From positions 1 through 23,437 of the forward strand of contig CAZHPN010000083.1 in the NCBI GenBank assembly GCA_964534375.1: a stretch of 23,437 bases of DNA, read 5' to 3'. The first letter of the stretch is position 1. Each line of letters starts with the position of its first letter. This stretch comes from an uncultured bacterium. Its GTDB lineage: Bacteria > Lernaellota > Lernaellaia > Lernaellales > Lernaellaceae. The position numbers and the translations under genes are program-made. Positions 8,481 to 16,597 of the stretch are shown one piece after another. The notes beneath the pieces are model-generated. The model was not told the origin of the DNA, searched no databases, and saw only the letters and a list, made by a program, of their open reading frames with translations.

Positions 8481-9380
8481 ATGGACCCCATCATCGATTT
8501 GCACACCCACGCGCAAGATGTGCAAAACGAACCGACGGTCCGGCCGTACGTGCGCGGCCTGGCGGCGTTCATGGCCTGGCCGGGCCCGATTTGGGCGTGG
8601 GAACTCCTGAATTTCCACCCCAAGCTGGCGGCCCGCGCCCGCGGTCCGTTGTCGACGTGGACGGCGTTCGAGTCGCAAATGCGCTTGTCGCGTGCGACCC
8701 CGAAACGCCTCGTGTCCGCCATGAAAAAAGCCGGCGTCGCCCGGGCCGTGATCCATCCGGTCGAGCCGCTCTCGTGCGCCGAGGAGGCGCTCGCCATCGC
8801 GCGCGATAACCCGAGTCTGATTCCCTTCGCCGCCGCCGATCCGCGCGACGCGCACGCCGCCGAAAAACTTGACAAGCTGCTGGCCGCCGGCGCCAAGGGC
8901 GTCAAATGCCACCCGATTTTGCAGCAGACGGCGCCGGAGGATTCGGCGTGGCGGCCGCTGCTCGAGGTGGCGCAGGCGCGCGGCGTGCCCGTGTTGTTCC
9001 ACGCCGGCGCATTCCAATATCACTTATTTCCGCGTCCGTCGCACCAATACGGTTGCCCGCGCCGCTTCGAGACCTTGTTGAAAGCCTTCCCCAAGGCCGA
9101 CATCGTGTTGGGGCACATGGGCCTGCACGAAAGCGACGACGCGATCGCCCTGGCGCAACGCTTCAACAACGTCATCCTCGAAACCAGTTTTCAGCATCAC
9201 TCGATCATCCGCCGGGCGTTCAACGCCGTCGGCGCCGAGCGTCTGGCGTTTGGGTCCGACTGGCCGGCGACCGATATTGCCAGTGCCTTGCGCCAGGTGC
9301 GCAACGCGCTGTCCGACGACGCCAACTTGGAAAAGGTGCTCTGGCAAAACGCCCAGCGCTTGCTGGGGTTGCAGAACTAG
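8481..9380 (+). CDS. Amidohydrolase family protein (Amidohydro_2, TIM-barrel metal-dependent hydrolase)
   Basis: Start ATG 8481 after GGGAG. Motifs IIDLHTH, GVKCHP, LFHAG, LGHMG, FGSDWP. Confidence 0.92.
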   Translation: MDPIIDLHTHAQDVQNEPTVRPYVRGLAAFMAWPGPIWAWELLNFHPKLAARARGPLSTWTAFESQMRLSRATPKRLVSAMKKAGVARAVIHPVEPLSCAEEALAIARDNPSLIPFAAADPRDAHAAEKLDKLLAAGAKGVKCHPILQQTAPEDSAWRPLLEVAQARGVPVLFHAGAFQYHLFPRPSHQYGCPRRFETLLKAFPKADIVLGHMGLHESDDAIALAQRFNNVILETSFQHHSIIRRAFNAVGAERLAFGSDWPATDIASALRQVRNALSDDANLEKVLWQNAQRLLGLQN

Positions 9381-9485
9381 GGCGGCCGAAGGCGCAAGAC
9401 GGCGGCCTTGCAGGAAAGTCCAAAATATGAAATAGCGTTGGCTCGCAGGATACGTGTCACGAGAAATAAACGGGGAGGCGATTCA

Positions 9486-10658
9486 ATGAAAAAATTCCAC
9501 TGGCTGATTGTGACCGTGGCGATCGCCTTGCTGGCGATCGCACTTGGCCTGGGTTGCGGCTCGACCAGCAGTTCCGGAACGAGCGCGGCGGATGACGATG
9601 CGTCGCCGGCTGACGATGACGCCTCGCCCGCCGACGACGACGCCTCGCCCGCCGACGACGACGCGACCACGGCGGCGTGGGTCTGGACGCCGGTGGACGG
9701 CGTGATCTGCCGCGACGGCTCCGCGACGGGCTACGCGTTGCGCCTCCAGCCGGGCGCAACGAACCTGATGATCTTCCTGCAAGGCGGCGGCGCGTGCTAC
9801 TCGCCGTCGAGTTGCAGCGACAATCCGGCTCATTTCGGCGAGTCGGACTTCGCCACGTGGACGACGGGAACCGGCGCGCAGGGCATCCTCAACGACCAAA
9901 ACGCCGCCAACCCCGTCAAAGATTGGAACGTGGCCTACGTGCCGTATTGCACGGGCGATCTGCACGCCGGCAGCAAGACGAACGGCGCGGCGCCGGATGT
10001 TCCGGGCACGCAGCAGTTCGTCGGCTATCAGAACATCAAGAAGATTCTCGCGGCGCTGAAAGTGCAGTTTCCGGAGCCGTCGCGGATTCTGTTGGGCGGC
10101 GAAAGCGCCGGCGGCTTCGGCACGGTGCTGAACTACGCGCAAACGGCCCGGACCTGGCCGACGGTCCCGGTCGCGCTGCTCGACGACTCCGGCCCGCTCT
10201 TCTCCGACCAGCAGGTGCTCGCGCCGTGCCTGGAATTGCTCGTGACCCTTTTGTGGGACGCGGACCCGGTAATAGCGGACGGCTGCACGAGCTGTTTCGA
10301 GGCCGGCGGCGGCATGTATTCCGGCTGGCATAAATGGCTCGCGGACACCTTCCCCATGGGAACGTTCGGCCTCTATTCGTCGATGGAGGACGAAACGATC
10401 CGCAGCTTCTTCGGCATCGGCCAGGACAATTGCACCGGCACGACGGACATCCCGGGCGACGTGTACGAGCAGGGACTGCTTGACCTGCGCACGCTGATTA
10501 CGCCGACGAAAAAATGGACGACCTATTACATTCCCGGCGACTCGCACACGGCGACCATGGAAGACAGCACGTTCTTCGGCACGACCGACGACGGCGTGGC
10601 GCTGAGCACGTGGGTCGGCGAACTGCTGACCGGCGTTCCCGGCAACGTCGGACCCTAA
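9486..10658 (+). CDS. Pectinacetylesterase/Notum-family alpha/beta hydrolase lipoprotein
   Basis: SD GGGGAGG, signal peptide ending LGLG-C, ADDDASP repeats. Motifs CRDGS, IFLQGGGAC, YVPYCTGDLHAG, nucleophile GESAGG, DDSG. Confidence 0.9.
   Translation: MKKFHWLIVTVAIALLAIALGLGCGSTSSSGTSAADDDASPADDDASPADDDASPADDDATTAAWVWTPVDGVICRDGSATGYALRLQPGATNLMIFLQGGGACYSPSSCSDNPAHFGESDFATWTTGTGAQGILNDQNAANPVKDWNVAYVPYCTGDLHAGSKTNGAAPDVPGTQQFVGYQNIKKILAALKVQFPEPSRILLGGESAGGFGTVLNYAQTARTWPTVPVALLDDSGPLFSDQQVLAPCLELLVTLLWDADPVIADGCTSCFEAGGGMYSGWHKWLADTFPMGTFGLYSSMEDETIRSFFGIGQDNCTGTTDIPGDVYEQGLLDLRTLITPTKKWTTYYIPGDSHTATMEDSTFFGTTDDGVALSTWVGELLTGVPGNVGP
9588..9665 (+). repeat. Coding 21-bp tandem repeat (ADDDASP x3 plus partial ADDDA)
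   Basis: Units at 9588-9608, 9609-9629, 9630-9650 and partial 9651-9665, differing at synonymous positions. Confidence 0.9.
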
Positions 10659-10689
10659 ACCGACGCGTCTGCTCAGCTTCCGCATGTCT

Positions 10690-10718
10690 TGGGCGACGGG
10701 GCTTTCCCCTGTCGCCCA
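10690..10718. terminator. GC-rich hairpin downstream of the esterase gene (terminator-like or REP-like)
   Basis: TGGGCGACGGGG-CTTTC-CCCTGTCGCCCA forms a 12-bp stem with one G-U pair. There is no long U tract. Confidence 0.55.
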
Positions 10719-10848
10719 TTGCATCTCCGCTGCGGCCTTTTTATGATCGGTGCGTCGCCGAGAAACGTTGCGTCGCTTAAGTTATTCTCCAACGTCGATT
10801 GTTCACGGCACAGCGAGCGCGTGCGCCGACGCGCGAAAGGGCTTGTCG

Positions 10849-13224
10849 ATGTTGGTCGACTTTGTGGTCGGGCTGTCGATTGCGGTGCAATTGGCGGCGG
10901 GCATTCTCGCCCTCCGTCTCATCCGCATCACCGGCCGCCGCTCGGCCTGGGCGCTGATCGCCGCGGGGATGCTGCTGCTCGTCGTGCGGCGCGGCATCGT
11001 CTTTTACCACGCTATTTTCGGGGCGCCGCCCGTGGCGCCCGACCTCGCCGCCGAGATTCCGGCGCTTGTCGTTTCGCTCCTGCTGATCGTCGGCGTGGCG
11101 ATGATCGGGCCGCTCTTTCAATCCATTCTGCACACCAAGCAACAATTGGAAGCCGCCAATCGGCGCCTGCTCACCGAATCGAAGGAATTGGCGCGCGCCC
11201 ACGAATCGCTTCGGCGCGCGCAGTATTCCCTCGACCACGCCTCGGACGCGGTGATGTGGGCCGCCGAAACCAGCGGCCTGGTTTACGTCAATGAGGCGGC
11301 CTGCCGGCTGACCGGCTTCTCCTGGGAGGAACTGCTGACCAAGAGCGTCGCCGACATCGACACCGGGGTTTCGCCGGAGAGTTGGGCGGAGTTGTGGCGC
11401 CGCACGCGGGATCACGGGCCGCAGCTCGTCACCACCCGCCACCGCACCAAGAGCGGCCGGAGCATCCCGGTCGAGGTGTCCATCAGTTATGTCTCCTTCG
11501 AAGGGCGCTCATATCTTTGCGGCATCGTGCGCGACATCGGCGCGCGGGTCGAGGCGGCGCGCGGGCTGCGCGAAAGCGAACGCCGGTTCCGCACGCTATT
11601 CGAGAACGCCGCGCTGGGCTTGGCGCTGACCGACGCCGAGGGCCGGCTGATCGTGACGAACGCGGCGTTGCAAACGCTGCTCGGCTACTCGGACGACATG
11701 TTGCGCGCCATGTCGTACCTCGATCGCACCCACCCCGATGACCGCGAGGCCGATTCGCAGTTGTTCACCGAACTGCGCGATGGCCGGCGCGACATCTACT
11801 TCATCGAAAAACGCCTGCGGCGCGCCGACGGCCGCGTGCTGTGGGTCCACGTCACCGTCTCGCCGGTGCGCGACGAAGACGGCCGGCCGACCCATTTCAT
11901 CCGCATGATCAAAGACATCTCCGACCGCAAGAAAATCGAGGAGGAAGAGCAGATCACCAAGGTCCGCCTGGAAGCCCTCTTGGCGCTCAACCAGATGGGC
12001 GCAGCCACGTTGCGGGAAATCACCACCTTTGCGCTCGAGAGCGCCGTGCGGGTCACCCGCAGCAAGATCGGCTATCTCGCGTTCGCCAGCGACGACGAAT
12101 CCGAATTGGTCATGCAGGCCTGGTCCGACGCCGCGCTGGCCGACTGCGCCATTATCGACAAGCCGCTGCGCTACCCGGTCGCGACGACCGGCCTGTGGGG
12201 CGAAGCGGTGCGCCAGCGGCGGCCGATCGTCACCAACGACTACGCCGCGCCGAATCCGTGGCAAAAGGGCTGCCCCGTCGGACACGTCGCGCTCGTGCGG
12301 CACATGAACGCGCCGTTGATCGACGGCGACCGCATTGTCTTTGTGGCCGGCGTCGGCAACAAGGACGAAGAGTACACCGACGATGACATCCGGCAGTTGA
12401 CGCTGCTCATGCAGGGCATGTGGAGCATGCTGCAGCGGCGGCGCGCCGACGACGAACTTCGCCGGCACAAACTGCGCCTCGAGGAAACCGTCGCCGAGCG
12501 CACGCGGCGGCTGCAGGAAGCGAACCAGGATCTCGAGGATTTCGCGCACGTGGTGTCGCACGACCTCAAGGCGCCGCTGCGGGCGATCAGCCAGGTCGCC
12601 GGCTGGTTCATGGAAGACTACGGCGCGAATCTCGACGCGCGCGGCGAGGAGATGATCCAACTCCTCAACGGCCGCGCCCATCGGCTCGAGAAACTGATCG
12701 ACGGCATCCTCGAATTCTCCCGCGTCGGCCGGGCGCCGGAGCGGCTGACGCCGGTCGAGCTGCGGCAGGTCGCGGCCGCCGTCGTCGAACTGCTGGCGCC
12801 GCCGGCGTATATTACGATCACGCTGGCCGCGAATTTGCCGTGCGTTATGGCCGACGCGACGCTGATGCAGCAGATTTTCCAGAACCTGCTGAGCAACGCC
12901 GTCAAATTCATGGACAAGCCGGAAGGCCGGATCGACGTGACCGCCCGCGAGCGCGAAAACGACTGGCTGGTGTGCGTCGCGGACAACGGCCCCGGCATCG
13001 AAGCGAAATATCACGAAAAAATCTTTCAGATTTTCCAAACTCTGGCGGCGCGCGACAAGTTCGAGAGCACCGGCATCGGTCTGGCGCTGGTCAAGCGCGC
13101 CGTCGAACGCGGCGGGGGCAAGGTCTGGCTGGAATCGACCCCGGGCCAGGGTTGCGCTTTCTATTTCACGCTGCCCAAGGAGCGCGCTGCCAATGAATCA
13201 CTCGACGCTGATCCTGGTCGTTGA
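10849..13224 (+). CDS. Membrane-bound PAS-PAS-GAF sensor histidine kinase
   Basis: About 3 N-terminal TM helices, two PAS/PAC domains (ending GIVRDI and MIKDISDRK), a GAF domain, H-box VSHDLKAPLR, N-box QNLLSNAVKF, G1 DNGPGI, G2 STGIGLALVK. Start reassigned to ATG 10849. Confidence 0.95.
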   Translation: MLVDFVVGLSIAVQLAAGILALRLIRITGRRSAWALIAAGMLLLVVRRGIVFYHAIFGAPPVAPDLAAEIPALVVSLLLIVGVAMIGPLFQSILHTKQQLEAANRRLLTESKELARAHESLRRAQYSLDHASDAVMWAAETSGLVYVNEAACRLTGFSWEELLTKSVADIDTGVSPESWAELWRRTRDHGPQLVTTRHRTKSGRSIPVEVSISYVSFEGRSYLCGIVRDIGARVEAARGLRESERRFRTLFENAALGLALTDAEGRLIVTNAALQTLLGYSDDMLRAMSYLDRTHPDDREADSQLFTELRDGRRDIYFIEKRLRRADGRVLWVHVTVSPVRDEDGRPTHFIRMIKDISDRKKIEEEEQITKVRLEALLALNQMGAATLREITTFALESAVRVTRSKIGYLAFASDDESELVMQAWSDAALADCAIIDKPLRYPVATTGLWGEAVRQRRPIVTNDYAAPNPWQKGCPVGHVALVRHMNAPLIDGDRIVFVAGVGNKDEEYTDDDIRQLTLLMQGMWSMLQRRRADDELRRHKLRLEETVAERTRRLQEANQDLEDFAHVVSHDLKAPLRAISQVAGWFMEDYGANLDARGEEMIQLLNGRAHRLEKLIDGILEFSRVGRAPERLTPVELRQVAAAVVELLAPPAYITITLAANLPCVMADATLMQQIFQNLLSNAVKFMDKPEGRIDVTARERENDWLVCVADNGPGIEAKYHEKIFQIFQTLAARDKFESTGIGLALVKRAVERGGGKVWLESTPGQGCAFYFTLPKERAANESLDADPGR

Positions 13225-13609
13225 AGACGACAAAGTCGACGCCCTGACGATCGAACGCTCGCTCAAGCGCGAGTTGAAACTGACCAATCCCATCGTCTTC
13301 GCCGGCGACGGCGAAGAAGCCCTCGCCTACCTGCGCGATCCGCAAAAAGCCCGGCCGGGATTGGTGCTGCTCGACCTGAACATGCCGCGGCTGAACGGCC
13401 TCGAATTGCTGGCCATCATGAAGCAAGACCCCAATCTGCGAACCATTCCGGTCGTCGTGCTGACCACGTCCAACGAAGAACGCGACCGGATGAAGAGCTT
13501 TCACCTCGGCGTCGCCGGCTACATGGTCAAACCGGTCGATTATCCCCAATTCGTCGATGTCGTGAAAACCATCGGCCTGTATTGGACGGTAAGCGAGACG
13601 CCGAATTGA
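13193..13609 (+). CDS. Single-domain response regulator, Rcp1/phytochrome-partner type
   Basis: ILVVEDD, LLDLNMP (phospho-Asp), VVLTTS, YMVKP, and the C-terminal YW characteristic of Rcp1-like receivers. Overlaps the kinase 3' end by 32 nt. Confidence 0.95.
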   Translation: MNHSTLILVVEDDKVDALTIERSLKRELKLTNPIVFAGDGEEALAYLRDPQKARPGLVLLDLNMPRLNGLELLAIMKQDPNLRTIPVVVLTTSNEERDRMKSFHLGVAGYMVKPVDYPQFVDVVKTIGLYWTVSETPN

Positions 13610-13614
13610 GGGAG

Positions 13615-13716
13615 CGGGATTCGGGATTCGGGATTCGGGACTCGGGATTCGGGATTCGGGGTTCGGGATCCGGGACTCGGGACTCGGGACTCGGGATTCG
13701 GGGTTTGGGATCCGGG
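13615..13716 (+). repeat. Intergenic heptamer tandem repeat, consensus CGGGA(T/C)T, 14 units
   Basis: Read directly: cgggatt x3, cgggact, cgggatt x2, cggggtt, cgggatc, cgggact x3, cgggatt, cggggtt, tgggatc, then cggg. Confidence 0.95.
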
Positions 13717-13804
13717 CGGCCGGCCGGATCTGGCGCGAAGACGCGGAAGGCGCGGAGAAATTGAAGCCGCAGATGGCGCCCCCGCCCCGCACTGCTGACA
13801 TTAT

Positions 13805-13825
13805 CCTTTTTCCTTTTTCCTTTTT
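13805..13825 (-). repeat. Short heptamer repeat (AAAAAGG)x3 overlapping the pncB stop codon
   Basis: The plus strand reads CCTTTTT three times at 13805-13825. Confidence 0.7.
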
Positions 13826-15245
13826 ACTTCTCGAGCGCCGCTGCCTCCAGCCGCGGGCCGAGCAGCACCGGGTATAGCTCCGGCTCGTCGAGACGGCGGC
13901 AGGCGGCCGGCAGTTGCGCCAGGTTCGCGAGCGCCCCGGCCCGCAACTCGACGAGCGTGGGCAAGTCGTCGATGATCTCGCCCTGACGCATCACCGGCTG
14001 CAGCAGGCGCTCGGTGCGAGCGATTTGCGGGCCCAGCCGGCGCCGCCGGCCGCTGCCCAACGTCCGGCCTTCGACGCCGCCCGCCGGGTGAAACGCCGCG
14101 CCCTCGAGTTCCAGCCAATCGGCCAGCATCGCCCCGCCCTTGTCGAACAGCCGCCAGAGTTGCTTGACCCCCGGCAGCGTGGCTTTGTGGGCGTCGTCGG
14201 TCTGCTTGCGCGCCGGGCGCCAGCGGCCGGCGGCGTCGGCCACCGCCGCGAGTTTATAGACTCCGGTGAAGGCCTCGTCGCCGTGGGCGGCGATCATCCG
14301 GCAACCGACGCCGAACTGGTCGATCGGGGCGCCCCGCCTCTTCAGTTCGCGGATCGCGTATTCGTCGAGATCGCCCGAGGCGACGATCTGCGTGTCGTGC
14401 AGTCCGGCGCGGTCGAGCAGCCGTCGGACGCGCGGCGCCAGGCGCGCGAGGTCGCCGCTGTCCAGCCGAACGCCCGCGAGCCGTTCGCCTCGGCCCTGCA
14501 TCTCCTGCCCGACGATCGCGGCGTTGGGCAGGCCGCTGCGCAGCGTGTCGTAGGTGTCGACCAGCAAGATGCAGTGCTCGGGATACGTCCGGGCGTAGCG
14601 CCGGAACGCTTCGAGTTCGTCGTCAAACGCCATCACCCAGGAATGCGCCATCGTGCCCGACGGTCGGAGGCCCAGGATTCTCGCGGCTTCGACGTTGGAC
14701 GTGGCGGCGCAACCGCCGATGAAGCAGGCGCGCGCGGCGGTCAGAGCGCCGTCGAGGCCTTGCGCGCGCCGCATGCCGAATTCCAGCACGTTGTCAGCGC
14801 CCGCCTCCTGGCAGATGCGCGCGGCCTTCGTCGCCACGAGCGATTGAAAATTGATGATGTTCAGCAGCGCCGATTCGACGAGTTGGCTTTCTTCAAGCGG
14901 CGCCATCACGCGCAGGATCGGCTCGAACGGGAACGCGAGCGCGCCTTCGGGAATCGCCCAGACCGCCCCCGCAAAGCGCCATTTCGCGAGCCGACGCAGG
15001 AAATCCTTGGCGAACAGGCCGGTTGTCGCGAGATACTCGACATCTTCGGGCGCGAAGCGCGCCCCGGCGAGAAATTGCAGCGCGTCGGCCAGGCCGACCG
15101 TCAGCGCGTAGCCGCCGTCAAACGGCGACCGGCGATGAAACAGATCGAAACACGCCGGACGGCGGTGCAGGCCGGCCCGCCAGTAGCCCTGCAACATCGT
15201 CAACTCGTAGAGATCCGTGAACGCCGCCGAATGGGGGACTGTCAT
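13824..15245 (-). CDS. pncB: Nicotinate phosphoribosyltransferase
   Basis: Motifs FTDLYELTM, LEFGMRRAQG, GTMAHSW (phospho-His), LLVDTYDT, GVRLDSGDL, ASGDLDEY, VYKL. Confidence 0.96.
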   Translation of the reverse strand: MTVPHSAAFTDLYELTMLQGYWRAGLHRRPACFDLFHRRSPFDGGYALTVGLADALQFLAGARFAPEDVEYLATTGLFAKDFLRRLAKWRFAGAVWAIPEGALAFPFEPILRVMAPLEESQLVESALLNIINFQSLVATKAARICQEAGADNVLEFGMRRAQGLDGALTAARACFIGGCAATSNVEAARILGLRPSGTMAHSWVMAFDDELEAFRRYARTYPEHCILLVDTYDTLRSGLPNAAIVGQEMQGRGERLAGVRLDSGDLARLAPRVRRLLDRAGLHDTQIVASGDLDEYAIRELKRRGAPIDQFGVGCRMIAAHGDEAFTGVYKLAAVADAAGRWRPARKQTDDAHKATLPGVKQLWRLFDKGGAMLADWLELEGAAFHPAGGVEGRTLGSGRRRRLGPQIARTERLLQPVMRQGEIIDDLPTLVELRAGALANLAQLPAACRRLDEPELYPVLLGPRLEAAALEK

Positions 15246-15266
15246 CCTTCGCCTCGCAGCAGAAAA

Positions 15267-15905
15267 TTACCAATCGCTCGCGCGCCGTCGCGCGACGCCC
15301 GCTTCCGCCATATTGCGCCACGCCGCCGCCAACGAGCCGGCGACGTCGATGCCGCGCACGCCGTCTTCGATCACCGTCGCGCGCAAGCCGAGCCGCACGG
15401 CGTCGAGCGTCGAATAGAGCACGCAGAAATCGGTCGCCAGCCCGACAAAAAACACGTTCGTCAGACCGCGTTCGCGCAAATAACCGCTCAGGCCCGTCGG
15501 CGTCCGGCGGTCGTTTTCGAAGAAAACCGAATAGGAATCGATCTCGCGGTGGTAGCCCTTGCGCAGGATCAACTCGGCCCGCGCGACCGCCAGTTCCGGA
15601 TGAAACTCGGCGCCGCGCGTGCCCTGCACGCAATGATCGGGCCAGAGGATCTGCTCGCCGTACGGCGCGGAAATCGTCTCCAGCGGCTTTTTCCCGGGGT
15701 TCGCCGAGGCGAAGGAAGAATGGTCGGCCGGATGCCAATCCTGCGACAGGATGACGTGCGCAAACCGCTCTGCCAGCCGATTGACGACGGGGATGACCGC
15801 ATCGCCGTCCGGCACGGCCAGCGCCCCGCCGGGGCAGAAGTCGTTTTGGACGTCCACGACGAGCAGGACGGCGTCGCCGGTCGGTGCTTGACGGTCGCGA
15901 TTCAT
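15267..15905 (-). CDS. pncA: Nicotinamidase/pyrazinamidase
   Basis: Motifs VVDVQNDFCPGGALAV, QDWHP, WPDHCVQGT, RKG...DSYS, GLATDFCV. Start reassigned to ATG 15905. Adjacent to pncB. Confidence 0.96.
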   Translation of the reverse strand: MNRDRQAPTGDAVLLVVDVQNDFCPGGALAVPDGDAVIPVVNRLAERFAHVILSQDWHPADHSSFASANPGKKPLETISAPYGEQILWPDHCVQGTRGAEFHPELAVARAELILRKGYHREIDSYSVFFENDRRTPTGLSGYLRERGLTNVFFVGLATDFCVLYSTLDAVRLGLRATVIEDGVRGIDVAGSLAAAWRNMAEAGVARRRASDW

Positions 15906-15995
15906 GAACGCCCTCGCTCCGCGGGTTTCCGCCGCCGCGGGCAAGCAAACTTTTGTGCCAAATCGGCGGCGTGTCAATAGTGCGAAGCCGTGCAT

Positions 15996-16024
15996 TTGAC
16001 GGCCGGCGCCGAGGATATTACATT
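15996..16024 (+). promoter_or_regulatory. Putative sigma70 promoter for the first Cys-rich lipoprotein gene
   Basis: TTGACG (15996-16001), 17 nt spacer, TACATT (16019-16024). Confidence 0.55.
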
Positions 16025-16117
16025 CTGAGCGTGAACGGAGCCGAACGGGCCAGCGGCGATGTGCCGTGGCGAATCATTCGGCTCCCTTTCCGTGAAAAAA
16101 AACTTGCCGGAGGAATG

Positions 16118-16465
16118 ATGAAGACGCGTTTGCCTTGGATCTTGTCGATTGCTCTGTGCCTGGCGGCCATCGGCGCTGTAATTAACTGCAGTTCGAGCGG
16201 CGGCGGCGGCAGCAGTGCGGCCGATGACGACGCCAGCCCCGGCAGCGGCTCGGTGGACAGCGCGTGCCAGGCGGTCTTCGCCAAGTGCGCGCCGGCCGGG
16301 TATTCCAGTTATCAAGAGTATTGCAGCGCTTTCGACCTGGCCGCCGTGGGCGGCTCATGTTTCGTCACGGCCATCTTGAATTTCTTCAACTGCCTGACGG
16401 AAAACGATTGCGTCGACCCGACGTGCGAGACGACCTACACAAGCGCAACCGAGGCTTGCCTCTGA
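16118..16465 (+). CDS. Small secreted/lipoprotein with an ADDDASP tether and an 8-cysteine domain
   Basis: SD GGAGG at 16109-16113, ATGATG (start 16115 or 16118), signal peptide ending VIN-C, then SSSGGGGSSAADDDASP and 8 further Cys. Confidence 0.8.
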   Translation: MKTRLPWILSIALCLAAIGAVINCSSSGGGGSSAADDDASPGSGSVDSACQAVFAKCAPAGYSSYQEYCSAFDLAAVGGSCFVTAILNFFNCLTENDCVDPTCETTYTSATEACL

Positions 16466-16495
16466 GCGTACGCAGCAGCGACGAAATTCACGAAT

Positions 16496-16530
16496 AGGCG
16501 GCGACGGTCGAAGGGCCGGCCGCCTTTTTT
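16496..16530 (+). terminator. Rho-independent terminator
   Basis: AGGCGGC-GA-CGGTC-GAAG-GGCCG-GCCGCCT followed by a T run, about 30 nt after the stop at 16465. Confidence 0.75.
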
Positions 16531-16597
16531 GCGGCGCGCGCCGAGCATCCGGCGCCGGCCGCTTGCCCTGCCGGTTATTTTTGTTTACAAAGGTGAA

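Noticed and set aside
13615..13716. Possible CRISPR array or coding repeat (track ORFs 13166..13801 minus and 13582..13764 plus)
   Set aside because: Contiguous 7-bp units with no unique spacers. The ORFs are only translations of the repeat (RIPNPES/GIRDSGF).
15944..15960. Sigma54-like promoter TGGCAC...TTGCT on the minus strand upstream of pncA
   Set aside because: GG-to-GC spacing is 11 nt rather than the strictly required 10, so it is not called.
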